A stretch of DNA of 64,000 nucleotides from a virus. Shown here piece after piece: positions 1 to 9,442 of the stretch. A program made the position numbers and the translations under genes. Each line of letters opens with the position of its first letter. The stretch's first letter is position 1. A model generated the notes under the pieces. It had not been told where the DNA came from. It saw only the letters and a program-made list of their open reading frames with translations, and ran no database searches. The stretch is from the IMG/VR virus record IMGVR_UViG_3300037155_000096, one strand, 5' to 3'.

Positions 1-119
1 GCGAGCCGTTCTTCCAGCCCGCCATCAACAAAGAATCGAACATGTATATATCCCAGCTCTTCCTTCCCGGTCTTGATCTGTTCCCGCAGATTTTCTTCAG
101 AATAAACGTAATTATCCAT
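1..119 (-). CDS. hypothetical protein (partial, runs off window start)
   Basis: ATG at 119 overlaps the upstream TAA (TAATG); open frame MDNYVYSEENLREQIKTG... to window edge. Confidence 0.6.
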   Translation of the reverse strand, partial: MDNYVYSEENLREQIKTGKEELGYIHVRFFVDGGLEERL

Positions 120-676
120 TAAAATAACTTTATCTCTAATTTCTCAGTCTGTTTTACTTCCAACTTATTGTCCCTGCAAAATTCTTCGGTTATGAGTCCC
201 GACTTCATTGCGGTTTTAATTTCATTTTTCTTCGGTTCAATCTTTACCGATATGTAATTCAGATAATATTTCGAATCGTTTTCGAAGAACGCCTTTAGAT
301 TAGCTACCAGCTCATCGATGTCGCCACCGATAACCAATGAACCCGCCTTGGATTTCACAAATTCAAGTGCGCCATTTTCAAGCCTGAGCATATCAGCTCC
401 CCACATTTCGTGGTCACGATTAGCGAAGTCTTCCAAATCCTTATTCAATTTTTTCAATTCCTCTTTGTACTCAATCATCTTCGAGTACTTATCATTCAGT
501 TCCGTTAACTCCTCCTGATATTCTTCACTCTGAAGGGTAATCAGCTTATTCAAAGCCTTCATCCTCTTCATTACATTATCAGCATCATCTGCATTGTCGA
601 TTTTGCTGGTCAGCTTAATCTTATCAAGAGCAATTTCAGCCACATATTCCGGTGGCAAACAACTATCTGGACGCAT
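119..676 (-). CDS. Mu Gam-like host-nuclease inhibitor / DNA end-binding protein
   Basis: N-terminal coiled coil, then FANRDHE..MLRLENGALEFVKS..I..IDELVANLK..YISVKIEPKKNEIK, which follows the Mu Gam C-terminal pattern (ANRDEL..NLVTGDVSWR..FIRTKQEINKEAI). Confidence 0.6.
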   Translation of the reverse strand: MRPDSCLPPEYVAEIALDKIKLTSKIDNADDADNVMKRMKALNKLITLQSEEYQEELTELNDKYSKMIEYKEELKKLNKDLEDFANRDHEMWGADMLRLENGALEFVKSKAGSLVIGGDIDELVANLKAFFENDSKYYLNYISVKIEPKKNEIKTAMKSGLITEEFCRDNKLEVKQTEKLEIKLF

Positions 677-700
677 AAACTCTTTTCCTTATATTTTTTA

Positions 701-1243
701 CTATCCTCTTTCTCTTTGTTCTGGTTTCAGAAATGGCACACATAAAGCCTCGAATATCGATTCTTCCGTTTCACAGGCTATTAACTTATCCTGGAAAAAC
801 AGACCATACTGACTTAACTTATATCCTTTTTTCTTAGCGGCTGCACGCATCATCACGTTGAACATGCCTGAGCCATTGGCGAAGAGACATATTCCCCCGA
901 ATGCATCGTCCTTGCCAACATAAAATTCTACCTTCATGCCGTTTTTCCATCCATGATGGAGTTTGTGCGGGCTTTTCTTGGTACTCTTATTATATTCGAG
1001 CTTATCGCAGATCGGATCTACATCATTCCTGAGCGAGTGCTCAAGGATCAGCTGAATATTCATAAAATCTGTTTCGGTGGTGGCGAAATCTATGTCTCCG
1101 CAATCAGGTCTTCTTCTCGCAATAGAACCACATATCTGCAAATGCAATTCCCTTTCCGGAACTGCCGCCTTGATTCTATCCAGCACTCCGATGGCTATCG
1201 CTGTAGCCTCATTCCACGGGACTCTGTTTTCATTTATTGACAT
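701..1243 (-). CDS. polX: minimal X-family DNA polymerase (palm plus C-terminal domain only, ASFV PolX-like size)
   Basis: CGSIARRRPDCGDIDF nucleotidyltransferase motif; FANGSGMFNVMMRAAAKKKGYKLSQYGLF and EESIFEALCVPFLKPEQR PolX C-terminal motifs; 180 aa. Confidence 0.9.
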   Translation of the reverse strand: MSINENRVPWNEATAIAIGVLDRIKAAVPERELHLQICGSIARRRPDCGDIDFATTETDFMNIQLILEHSLRNDVDPICDKLEYNKSTKKSPHKLHHGWKNGMKVEFYVGKDDAFGGICLFANGSGMFNVMMRAAAKKKGYKLSQYGLFFQDKLIACETEESIFEALCVPFLKPEQRERG

Positions 1244-1945
1244 TTAATTCTCTGTATGACTTTGATTAGCTCTCGGATCGAATGAACCCGGCAACGGAAC
1301 CATAACGAATCCTTTGTCATTACCTTCCGGTTTCATCATACCCTCGACCACGTTACCGCTGAATGACGCAACGTTCATTGAAAGTCCGCCTTCTTTACAT
1401 GCCTCTTCCGCTGCCTGCTGGATGATATCGACATCCGACAGCGACTTCTTGCCATCAGCATCTTTCTTAATTTCAAATCCCAGCAGCTTGGTGTTCTCCG
1501 TCGGCGTGAAGTTCAATGCCTCTGAATAAGCAACAACAGACATCGTGATCGCATCAAATTTGAGGTTCTCCGGAAGGTCGCTCACCGCCATATTGCCAGC
1601 GACTATCTTATCGATGTAGTCTTTCTCTTCCGGACTGGGAGACTTGTATGTCAACTTCGCCATCCAACCTTCTGAGACGAATACCGAAGCCAGCCCATGA
1701 ATCTGTTTGGCTATGCTCCCTATCATTCCAAAATCCTTGGATTGCATTACTTCATTCGGAATCGTTATATAATATTCAACTTCTTTCGTCATTATCAACG
1801 CAAACGGACTAATCGAATGACCTTCCTTGGTAGCCGTCCCTGCAAATTCTCTCGCAGATTTAATCATATTATCCATGCCCGCCCTCTGTTCCTGAAACGT
1901 GTTCATGGGATTCTTATATTTCGCTCCCTTCATCAAAAAATTCAT
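1244..1945 (-). CDS. hypothetical protein
   Basis: 233-codon ORF directly behind motif copy 1; no motif recognised. Confidence 0.75.
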   Translation of the reverse strand: MNFLMKGAKYKNPMNTFQEQRAGMDNMIKSAREFAGTATKEGHSISPFALIMTKEVEYYITIPNEVMQSKDFGMIGSIAKQIHGLASVFVSEGWMAKLTYKSPSPEEKDYIDKIVAGNMAVSDLPENLKFDAITMSVVAYSEALNFTPTENTKLLGFEIKKDADGKKSLSDVDIIQQAAEEACKEGGLSMNVASFSGNVVEGMMKPEGNDKGFVMVPLPGSFDPRANQSHTEN

Positions 1946-1980
1946 CTGTAACGTCCTTACAATGGTTTGTTAAAAGATTG

Positions 1981-2014
1981 GTTATGGTGTATAACTTACA
2001 AGTTCCGTGCTAAG
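1981..2014 (-). promoter_or_regulatory. repeated sigma54-like promoter motif, copy 1
   Basis: CTTAGCACGGAACTTGTAAGTTATACACCATAAC. Confidence 0.75.
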
Positions 2015-2021
2015 ATTTATT

Positions 2022-2888
2022 TTACCATCCTGAGCCTGGCAGTTCTATCTCGGAGTCCACCACGCCGTCCTCCGGTGCCCTTGCTGGCGCATCAGAACGG
2101 AGACTTACAATCATGCTCTTTCCATACGTGACTATCACGCCCACCGTCGGGAAGTCAGCTTCAATTTTCCATTTCACCTTGTAGTAATCCCACTTAGCGA
2201 ATATATCCCCGATTATATTCTTCGCTGTATCGGGGCCGCATAATGCTACGAACTGTTTTATCTGGGACATCTCCTTGCCAGTCAGCCTCATTGTCTTGCC
2301 GACTTTATTCTGAAATACATTCGTATAATGCTTAGCCACCACAAAAGTCTCCGACACGTTACGGTCAACCGGCTTCTTCTCCGGTCTTACGAATGTGCCA
2401 TCGGCAATTTTCTTGCGTAACTCTTCAGTTTTGATTTTCTGACGTGCACGGATCTTTTCACTCGCTGATTGAACGACCTTTGCCGCTTCCTTCAATCGCA
2501 GGCTTTCTTTTTCCGTGTGTTTCTTAATTTCATCTTTACCCACAGCTTCATCTCCATATTTTTCAACAAAATGCGCAGGTATGGTCAGGATATAATAATA
2601 CGTCCTTCCATGCACGCGCGACCAACCGAGAATTCCCAAGTCCTTCCATTTAGTTAGCGCCCGTCGTACGGACCTAACGCTGATACCGACGTCTTTCGCT
2701 ATCGTGGATTGCTTGGGGAAACATTCTCCGCCTCCTCCTCCCTTTTTCTTACGGATTCTATCGAATAAATTCTGTAGCACCCCTTTCTCCGTTCCGTTTA
2801 CCTCGGTCATTCGCCAGATAAATTTAGGAACTTGCAGGAACCGGGATTCCATCCATGCATCTTTCTCTGCTATATTTCCTGAACTCAT
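2022..2888 (-). CDS. winged-helix HTH replication-initiator-like protein (HTH_36-type)
   Basis: FLQVPKFIW..GTEKGVLQNL..CFPKQSTIAKDVGISVRSVRRALTKWKDLGIL..R..GRTYYYIL, typical of phage/plasmid replication HTH N-domains. Confidence 0.7.
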   Translation of the reverse strand: MSSGNIAEKDAWMESRFLQVPKFIWRMTEVNGTEKGVLQNLFDRIRKKKGGGGGECFPKQSTIAKDVGISVRSVRRALTKWKDLGILGWSRVHGRTYYYILTIPAHFVEKYGDEAVGKDEIKKHTEKESLRLKEAAKVVQSASEKIRARQKIKTEELRKKIADGTFVRPEKKPVDRNVSETFVVAKHYTNVFQNKVGKTMRLTGKEMSQIKQFVALCGPDTAKNIIGDIFAKWDYYKVKWKIEADFPTVGVIVTYGKSMIVSLRSDAPARAPEDGVVDSEIELPGSGW

Positions 2889-3007
2889 ACCTATTCCATA
2901 ATCTTCAGCGCCTTATCTTTCGTTATCACAATTCTTTCATAATCCTTCATTTTAGTCTTACAACATCCTGACAAATAGGAAAATCAGCTTTAGGCAATTG
3001 ATTGCCC

Positions 3008-3235
3008 TCAGTCTATCAGCCTAATTTTGTCATCTTTAATCAGTGCGTATATGAATTCACCCAATCCGGGCGCCTCCCCATACTCCATCACGGACATTTT
3101 CAAATTCGTTTTCAACATTCCAACTCCGTCATCGATCATTACGTCGAGCAATAATCTCAGATTATCGTAAGACTCTACGTTGAGAGTCGGCTTTACGTAT
3201 CTTATTCCCACAACACGGACTAATCCCTGGTACAC
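3008..3235 (-). CDS. hypothetical protein
   Basis: ORF in tightly packed minus-strand run. Confidence 0.6.
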   Translation of the reverse strand: MYQGLVRVVGIRYVKPTLNVESYDNLRLLLDVMIDDGVGMLKTNLKMSVMEYGEAPGLGEFIYALIKDDKIRLID

Positions 3236-3448
3236 TTAGCCCGCCTTTTTCCACGGAACATAAATCTTCATTGGAATATCATGGTGCGTGCAACTGACAA
3301 TCGTAAAAGTCCGGACATTATTCTTCCCGAGTATTTTCTCATAATCGGTAATGTTCATGAGCCTCTTAGCCTTTTCGCACTTCTTCTGACATGCCACGAC
3401 CTTCTTATATTCATCTTCCGTCACTTTAATTTTTTCTATGCGGGGCAT
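3236..3448 (-). CDS. hypothetical protein
   Basis: ORF in tightly packed minus-strand run. Confidence 0.6.
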   Translation of the reverse strand: MPRIEKIKVTEDEYKKVVACQKKCEKAKRLMNITDYEKILGKNNVRTFTIVSCTHHDIPMKIYVPWKKAG

Positions 3449-3457
3449 TAATCAGCC

Positions 3458-3913
3458 TTATGTTAATTGCTTAAAATTATTCTCTTTGAGCGCATGATAC
3501 AGCGTCTGCTTCTTTGCGCCATCATATAAGTAAGCCATGAACATCTCCATTGGCTCAGCTTGGTCCACAAGAATCATGGACACCTGAATATCCACTAAAT
3601 CGCTTAGGATTTTCCACGCGGATCTTTGAGCCTGCAATCTTATCGACTCTCTTTGAGCGGTCGTGGGAGTTTGCTTCCTGGCTTTTACCATGTAATCGAA
3701 AACCTTATCCACATTTGCCGGCAACTGGAATACCATCGACTTTTCGTTGTGCATCAATTCGAATTTCATTCCAATAGGGATTTCATTTTCGTCTCCATAC
3801 TCTTTGGAAATATGCTTCGAGCCGACCTGCACGAGTTTTCCCTCGATCTTACTGACAGAGTTAATCACTGGCACTGACGAAGTATAATTCTTCAGATTCG
3901 GTTTTGCTATCAT
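3458..3913 (-). CDS. conserved phage/prophage hypothetical protein
   Basis: LKNYTSSV..SVSKIE..L..GSKHISKEY..FQLPANVDKV..QAQRSAWKIL.D.VDIQ..M pattern, recognised as a common phage family. Confidence 0.7.
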   Translation of the reverse strand: MIAKPNLKNYTSSVPVINSVSKIEGKLVQVGSKHISKEYGDENEIPIGMKFELMHNEKSMVFQLPANVDKVFDYMVKARKQTPTTAQRESIRLQAQRSAWKILSDLVDIQVSMILVDQAEPMEMFMAYLYDGAKKQTLYHALKENNFKQLT

Positions 3914-4323
3914 TTATTTTCCTGTGCCTCCGGTTCATTTTTTCCTTTGCCGTCATCCTCCTTAAAGAGAAATATCACTGCGCTCTGTTTCTGAGCGTAT
4001 CTTATCGCGTTCTGCGTGCTGTCGCTGGACTTCAGTCCCTCGAAAATTATCAACACATCACTTGCATCAATTATTTGGTGGTATCTGTCGTAGATCGGTT
4101 TTGAGTCCGTTATATTCGACAGATCTATCGGCATCATGGCAATCGTTTTGACACCGACCTCGCTGGCATGCTTTAACAAAGGGGCGCAGGGGGAACATGC
4201 ATCAACGAAAAATTTCGTCCAAACACCTTCTTCCTTATATTTCGCCAGCACACCATCAACCATAGCCATACTGCAGAAATCACCGATAACTCCTGTAATT
4301 AAAAAATCTCCTATGGGTTTCAT
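3910..4323 (-). CDS. SLOG/YspA-like (DUF2493-like) nucleotide-binding protein
   Basis: IIDASDVLIIFEGLKSSDSTQNAIRYAQKQ resembles the SLOG C-terminal motif (IVD.SD.LIAFWDG.S.GT..TI.YA). Confidence 0.45.
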   Translation of the reverse strand: MKPIGDFLITGVIGDFCSMAMVDGVLAKYKEEGVWTKFFVDACSPCAPLLKHASEVGVKTIAMMPIDLSNITDSKPIYDRYHQIIDASDVLIIFEGLKSSDSTQNAIRYAQKQSAVIFLFKEDDGKGKNEPEAQENK

Positions 4324-4754
4324 TTGCTTTTACCTTTTATTTTCTTGCCCCATTCAAACACCGCTTCGGTCGGGATCGGATCCTCACTTTCAGCATTTTC
4401 TGCCGCCATATCCTTTTTGATATTGCCTACTAATCTTCCATGAAGTAACTTGGCTTTGTACTCGTCGACTTCTTTTTCATCATTGACGATGTAGTCCTTG
4501 CTAATCATGGAATCGAGCAATTCCGTAAACAGGGTTGCTTCATCAGCGAATGTTACTTTTTCTTCCTCTATTCTGAATTTCTCAGCACCCGTTTTCATGT
4601 TCTGAAAAAACAGTCCGAGATAAACACCGGTTTTTCCATCGGACATTATCCTGGACATACTCATCAGTATGACATAACCATCGCCACTGGCTCCAGTCAG
4701 AACTACCGCAGATTCTAATTCCGGGTAAGTCTCTAATAATTTTTCAGCCTTCAT
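4320..4754 (-). CDS. hypothetical protein, expanded paralogue family member
   Basis: N-terminus EKLLETYPELESAVVLTG. Confidence 0.7.
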   Translation of the reverse strand: MKAEKLLETYPELESAVVLTGASGDGYVILMSMSRIMSDGKTGVYLGLFFQNMKTGAEKFRIEEEKVTFADEATLFTELLDSMISKDYIVNDEKEVDEYKAKLLHGRLVGNIKKDMAAENAESEDPIPTEAVFEWGKKIKGKSK

Positions 4755-4772
4755 TTTATCCTTAATGTTAAA

Positions 4773-5582
4773 CTATTTCTTGAGCGCCCATTTGAATGCC
4801 TCATCAACGCTCGTACCCGATTTGGTGAGCATCGCCGACATTTCAGATACTAATTTTTTAAGCTTTGCTACCTCTGCCGGACTACTCTCGTCCATGCCGT
4901 TTATCAGATCCATGTAATCCACAGTCAGCAATGATTTGCTCGGAGCAAGTTCCTTTGCCACCATCTTCAAAATTTCAGCGTCCATTTCGACCGCTTTTTT
5001 CTTCGCTTCCTTCTCGGAATATTCTTCCATCGCTTTTTCAAAACTTTCCCTCGGGTAAACTCGTCCGTTATTATTCGGTTCGTCCCCGAATTCTACTCTC
5101 TTACACATCAAGCCATCCGATTGGACATAATCCACTATCAGCAGTCCGAGTTCAGCAGGATCGCCCTCTACCATAATCTCCGGAAGAATATCTTCGTGTG
5201 CCAGTCTATATACAACATGTTCCATGAAGTTCGGCAGTTTTTCCAGTAGTTTCACTTTAGGATCACCGCCGAGTGTCTGAAGAAATTCATCGCACCGGTC
5301 ATTCCCGTCCTCAATGGCGAAACATGTTTTCTTTCTTAAAGTCAACGAACCAAATTCTGTCGGAGCTTCATCTATTCTGCACTGATAAATTGCCATGGAG
5401 AACGTCGGATTGGCCGGGAGAAAATCGCCAAATTCATCTACCACAGGATCTTCATCCGATTTAATCAGCATCAGAACCTGATACTGTATTCCGTCTTCTT
5501 CCAGAACCATCTCCCTTCTGAAAACTGTTAGCGTTTCCACGTTCGGATTATCAAACAGCAACTGGTCATAAGTCTTAGACAT
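4773..5582 (-). CDS. hypothetical protein, probable paralogue family member with a T4 gp21-like peptide
   Basis: N-terminus TYDQLLFDNPNVETLTVF; internal EPNNNGRVYPRESFEKAMEEY. Confidence 0.7.
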   Translation of the reverse strand: MSKTYDQLLFDNPNVETLTVFRREMVLEEDGIQYQVLMLIKSDEDPVVDEFGDFLPANPTFSMAIYQCRIDEAPTEFGSLTLRKKTCFAIEDGNDRCDEFLQTLGGDPKVKLLEKLPNFMEHVVYRLAHEDILPEIMVEGDPAELGLLIVDYVQSDGLMCKRVEFGDEPNNNGRVYPRESFEKAMEEYSEKEAKKKAVEMDAEILKMVAKELAPSKSLLTVDYMDLINGMDESSPAEVAKLKKLVSEMSAMLTKSGTSVDEAFKWALKK

Positions 5583-5997
5583 TTATTCGCGCCCTTGCCA
5601 ACGCTTTCGCTAATTTCTGAATCAGCGGGATGGGAATATTGCACTGCTTGTGCATATCAACCAATACTTTGTTTATTAGCTCATATACTCTACTTAAAAA
5701 TTTAATTTCAATATCTTCCGCCAGCTCGAAGCCCATGCTCTGAGCATCCTCAATGGTAGCTCCGTAGTCTTCCACGATATTCATAGCCGCCGTATACTGA
5801 CCTACACCCTTCCATGAAGCTGCCAGCAGATACGTTGCTTCCCCCTCGCCTGCATCCGCTTTAATTTCCACTTCAAGAATTATCATCCGGTCCGCATCGG
5901 CGCCCGGAAAGTCCACCTTTTCCTTTTTGAGAAAGGCAATCGCCGGGACAATCGGTATCGTCCTTATAATATCTTCGTATGTGACTGAATCAGCCAT
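5575..5997 (-). CDS. hypothetical protein, probable divergent paralogue family member
   Basis: N-terminus TYEDIIRTIPIVPAIAFLK. Confidence 0.65.
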   Translation of the reverse strand: MADSVTYEDIIRTIPIVPAIAFLKKEKVDFPGADADRMIILEVEIKADAGEGEATYLLAASWKGVGQYTAAMNIVEDYGATIEDAQSMGFELAEDIEIKFLSRVYELINKVLVDMHKQCNIPIPLIQKLAKALARARINV

Positions 5998-6547
5998 TTG
6001 CCTCAGCTATGCCATGTGTCAATAAGATTGATCTTTTCTTTTCCTGGAATTCTTTCATTCCCTCATCGAACTTTGCTTTCAGCGCCAACAGCCTGTCTTT
6101 TACACTGGGCCGTTCCATAAGCCTGTCTAAAAACGTATCCGATTTAGGAAGCTGGTTCTTATTGACATGCTCTTCCATGTTAAGCGCGGCATCCTTGCCT
6201 GAGTATACCTGCCTGACATATTCTGTCGAACATATTTTTTCGCAGAAGGCTACTCTTGCCCCGAACGTATCAAAATCTATTTTTATTCCGAGCAGATCTG
6301 AGTTATCAGGCTTTAACAGAAGACCGAACTTGTTCGTATTTATCCCGATCATGTCGCACTTGTCTTCGCCGATTACTTCGAACGTCCATTTCCCTTTCAA
6401 CTGAACAGAGTCCAGCAAAGCCTTGTTCGCTGGTAGCCATTCGGCATTTTTCTGATACTCCACACCTTTCTGATATTCCTCATCTTCAAAGAATTTAGTC
6501 GCAGGTGCGAGTTTCTTGGTTCTTTTCTTGGTCTTTACTACTGCCAC
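5990..6547 (-). CDS. hypothetical protein
   Basis: 185-codon ORF overlapping the next gene; no motif recognised. Confidence 0.7.
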   Translation of the reverse strand: MAVVKTKKRTKKLAPATKFFEDEEYQKGVEYQKNAEWLPANKALLDSVQLKGKWTFEVIGEDKCDMIGINTNKFGLLLKPDNSDLLGIKIDFDTFGARVAFCEKICSTEYVRQVYSGKDAALNMEEHVNKNQLPKSDTFLDRLMERPSVKDRLLALKAKFDEGMKEFQEKKRSILLTHGIAEANG

Positions 6548-6564
6548 GAGTTTCTCCTGTTTTA

Positions 6565-7002
6565 TTACTTTTGATTCGTACTTATTACCATTTCAATTTT
6601 GCCGATGATCTCATCCATTTCGCTCATTGCTATGAGTGGAAAGCTGTTCACTGTCGTATAATTCCATTTTTCAAGTATGGCTATCATCCGAGCCACCAGA
6701 TCTTCTTCGGGCACAGTCGGGTTGTAGCCGGATGCCGAGGAGACGGATACTTTCTTATCACTTATTTTTAATACTCCCAACACTCGAAAACATTCCGTAA
6801 CTGAGGCATCCAAAAGCATAACATGATTCTTTTCACCGATCCCCGAGAAGAACAATACGCTCTCAATCGCCTGGCAACGGTCGAGAATATCGTCCGCAAC
6901 CGCAACCAGCTCACTTTCAATCGGAGACTTCTTTTTCACTGCCTCCGCAATCGTAGTTTTTCTGCTGCGTATCGGATCCACGCCAAATCTCTGATAAGCC
7001 AT
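6565..7002 (-). CDS. hypothetical protein
   Basis: 145-codon ORF behind motif copy 2. Confidence 0.7.
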   Translation of the reverse strand: MAYQRFGVDPIRSRKTTIAEAVKKKSPIESELVAVADDILDRCQAIESVLFFSGIGEKNHVMLLDASVTECFRVLGVLKISDKKVSVSSASGYNPTVPEEDLVARMIAILEKWNYTTVNSFPLIAMSEMDEIIGKIEMVISTNQK

Positions 7003-7032
7003 TCGTTACATCAGTATATTGTTGAAAAATAT

Positions 7033-7065
7033 GTTTTAAGTAATACTTACAAGTTCCATGCTAAG
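7033..7065 (-). promoter_or_regulatory. repeated sigma54-like promoter motif, copy 2
   Basis: CTTAGCATGGAACTTGTAAGTATTACTTAAAAC. Confidence 0.75.
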
Positions 7066-7070
7066 AATTT

Positions 7071-7472
7071 TCATAGGGTTCCAGAGTCCAATTCAAGGTT
7101 TCTCTCCCATTCATCCATCCTCTCCTCATTACATTCATTTCTGCAATTACAGATCTGGCTCTTGAGTTCGCCCCATAAAATCGGATTCACCCAGTCCCGA
7201 TATTCGTCCTGTGGGATCGCCTGAAGGAAATCTTCCAACTGCGCCTGGGAAATTCTGCCGAACTCCGCAGAGGTATCACCTTTCGTCATACTGACCGCTA
7301 TGTCGTAATTGTACTCGTCACCGAATGAAATCATAAAGGACATCACTTCCGTGTCGGTTTCTTTCGGCTGATGGACATACTTCAACGTATAGGTGTTCTC
7401 GAAGTAAACCATGCCTCTATATGCAATCAGCATATCAAGATTTTCTTCTTGCATAATTTGTTCAACGGTCAT
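7071..7472 (-). CDS. hypothetical protein, expanded paralogue family member
   Basis: N-terminus TVEQIMQEENLDMLIAYRGMVYF. Confidence 0.7.
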   Translation of the reverse strand: MTVEQIMQEENLDMLIAYRGMVYFENTYTLKYVHQPKETDTEVMSFMISFGDEYNYDIAVSMTKGDTSAEFGRISQAQLEDFLQAIPQDEYRDWVNPILWGELKSQICNCRNECNEERMDEWERNLELDSGTL

Positions 7473-7492
7473 TCGGTTACTGTTATTTTTGT

Positions 7493-7526
7493 GTTAAAGG
7501 TATGAACTTACAAAATGCGTGCTAAG
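7493..7526 (-). promoter_or_regulatory. repeated sigma54-like promoter motif, copy 3
   Basis: CTTAGCACGCATTTTGTAAGTTCATACCTTTAAC. Confidence 0.75.
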
Positions 7527-7544
7527 ATAAAACGGGTATAAACG

Positions 7545-7577
7545 AGGAAACCCAGCGGGTTAGGCTGGGCTTTTCTT
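7545..7577 (-). terminator. probable intrinsic terminator
   Basis: minus strand GCCCAGC-CTAACCC-GCTGGGT followed by TTCC; lies between the stop at 7598 and motif copy 3. Confidence 0.5.
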
Positions 7578-7597
7578 GAGAGGATTCTAAACGACTA

Positions 7598-7948
7598 TTA
7601 AAATTTAATCGGCTTGGGGCTTGGCATTCCGATCTGAACATCGCGAATTATATGCGTGACCACATTTTCAACCAGCGTACCGACCTTTCCGAGGATCTCG
7701 TAATCCCCCTCATCGAGCATATTCATATAATCGACAAGTAAGACTGGCTCCGTTTTACCCTCCCTGGGTTCGGGGAGTCCCTCTTCATCGTAGACAAGAT
7801 AAAGGACTCTCTTAAATCCTTCTTCCTTATCCATTCCGACGTATACTAAAATTTCGTCTGACTCAACACTTAACGCACTGCCTGGTTTCTTCGCGCAGAT
7901 CAGATCCGTAAGGTGCTGATTACTCATTATCTGGTCGTATGTCTTCAT
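7598..7948 (-). CDS. hypothetical protein, probable divergent paralogue family member
   Basis: N-terminus KTYDQIMSNQHLTDLICAK. Confidence 0.65.
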   Translation of the reverse strand: MKTYDQIMSNQHLTDLICAKKPGSALSVESDEILVYVGMDKEEGFKRVLYLVYDEEGLPEPREGKTEPVLLVDYMNMLDEGDYEILGKVGTLVENVVTHIIRDVQIGMPSPKPIKF

Positions 7949-8140
7949 GTTTCAAAAGCTCCAAAAAATTACATAAATAAGTTGTTTTGCTCATACCCAT
8001 CTCGACAGAATTGAGATTTCAATCATAAGTGCTTGTTTTTCAAGAACTTATCGGCTTTTTACTCGAACTTCCTCAATGCCTCTTGTGTCGCTTAACCTGT
8101 CTGGACACTATTGACTTTGTCGTCCGTTAGTTTATGTGCA

Positions 8141-8171
8141 GTAACTTACCTATCGCAATTATCGTGCTAAC
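8141..8171 (-). promoter_or_regulatory. variant motif copy (TTGC at -12)
   Basis: GTTAGCACGATAATTGCGATAGGTAAGTTAC. Confidence 0.5.
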
Positions 8172-8240
8172 ATGAAACCTGCGAAATTGATTGCAGTTTC
8201 CATAATTTTCTATTTGTCAGTAGAACGATCTTGATTGCAA

Positions 8241-9083
8241 TCACCATTTCTTTTTCTTATGGACCGTTCTTCCCATCGTCCGCTCGAATCTCAGCCTATC
8301 CTCTTCTTTCTGCTTCTTCTGATCTTTAATCTCATCATCAAGTTCCTGCTGCCATGCCTTCAACGCTTTAGCTTCTTCCAGTTCTTTCTCGGCTTTTTCC
8401 TTCTGTTTCTTGAGCATCATATCTACCAATGCTTTCTTCGGCGGATCGTCCGCTTCATCAAGGAACCATGTTCCCGCTGGCAGTCCCATTGGTTTCCTAA
8501 GCAATGGATCTCCATATCTTTCGTAAATTCCTTTTGCCGTAGCCAATTCAGATACACTGGCAACCGGTGTGGTCATTAACGGAATATACGGAAATTGCCA
8601 TTCACGCACCTTCGGACTTACCGTCTCCTTCTCCTCGCTCGGCTTAGGAGTCATATCCATCGGCTCGCCTTTCAGGACTTCCTCATATTCATTCAGGCAA
8701 TAAGACATGCAGGTTATCAGGAATTCTTTCGGTATATCAGCAGGAACATAAACATTATAACCCCAAAATCCCTCCGCACTGGTATCCGCCCATTTCGCTA
8801 TTTTACTGTCCGATAACTTAAACTGTCTCCAATAAAATGTTTTGCTCGGTTTATCATACATAATCACCATCGATGGAAAACCATATTTGAACAGGAATAA
8901 CAACCCGCCATTCCATTGGTCTTCACCGAACAAAATATCTTCAAGCTCGCTGTCCTCGATATGAATCTTCTTGAATTCTTCATCCGCCCACGGCAAAGTT
9001 CGCATGAAATGATCGCCGGTCATAAACACCGCGCCATCCAGTTCTGGGTAATCCATATACAAACAATCGTAATTTGACATCAT
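8241..9083 (-). CDS. hypothetical protein, paralogue family N-terminus plus charged coiled-coil tail
   Basis: N-terminus NYDCLYMDYPELDGAVFMTG; K/E-rich C-terminus. Confidence 0.75.
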   Translation of the reverse strand: MMSNYDCLYMDYPELDGAVFMTGDHFMRTLPWADEEFKKIHIEDSELEDILFGEDQWNGGLLFLFKYGFPSMVIMYDKPSKTFYWRQFKLSDSKIAKWADTSAEGFWGYNVYVPADIPKEFLITCMSYCLNEYEEVLKGEPMDMTPKPSEEKETVSPKVREWQFPYIPLMTTPVASVSELATAKGIYERYGDPLLRKPMGLPAGTWFLDEADDPPKKALVDMMLKKQKEKAEKELEEAKALKAWQQELDDEIKDQKKQKEEDRLRFERTMGRTVHKKKKW

Positions 9084-9174
9084 AGAACACGCTTCTTATT
9101 TATTTTCTTTCAGTACCTGTTTATGCTGAGCCACGGCATCCGCCACCTCCACAAAAATGCTTATATTATAATAA

Positions 9175-9207
9175 GTTACAGGCGTTACTTACAATATTCT
9201 TGCGGTA
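9175..9207 (-). promoter_or_regulatory. degenerate motif copy at island edge
   Basis: TACCGCAAGAATATTGTAAGTAACGCCTGTAAC; GCA-N6-TTGTAAGT spacing retained. Confidence 0.4.
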
Positions 9208-9442
9208 ATGACGCCTGAAACACCAAATTTCAGCTAAAAAACCTATTCCAATTCTTTAGTTTTATACCCCTTATAATCGCTTAATTAGGTCCAGGGCACA
9301 TTCCAGTACCTTTTTTATAACCAAGTGTCCTGGAGTTGCGTTTCTGTTGCTCATTTGTGTAAGCTTTTTCTAATCCCCCATAAAGAAATATGCCTAGGAA
9401 ATTTTATTATAAATATTGGATTCTTTAGGCATCAAGTTAATT

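Noticed and set aside
4773-5582. Calling this ORF a prohead protease
   Set aside because: Only about 20 residues match and the catalytic motifs are absent.
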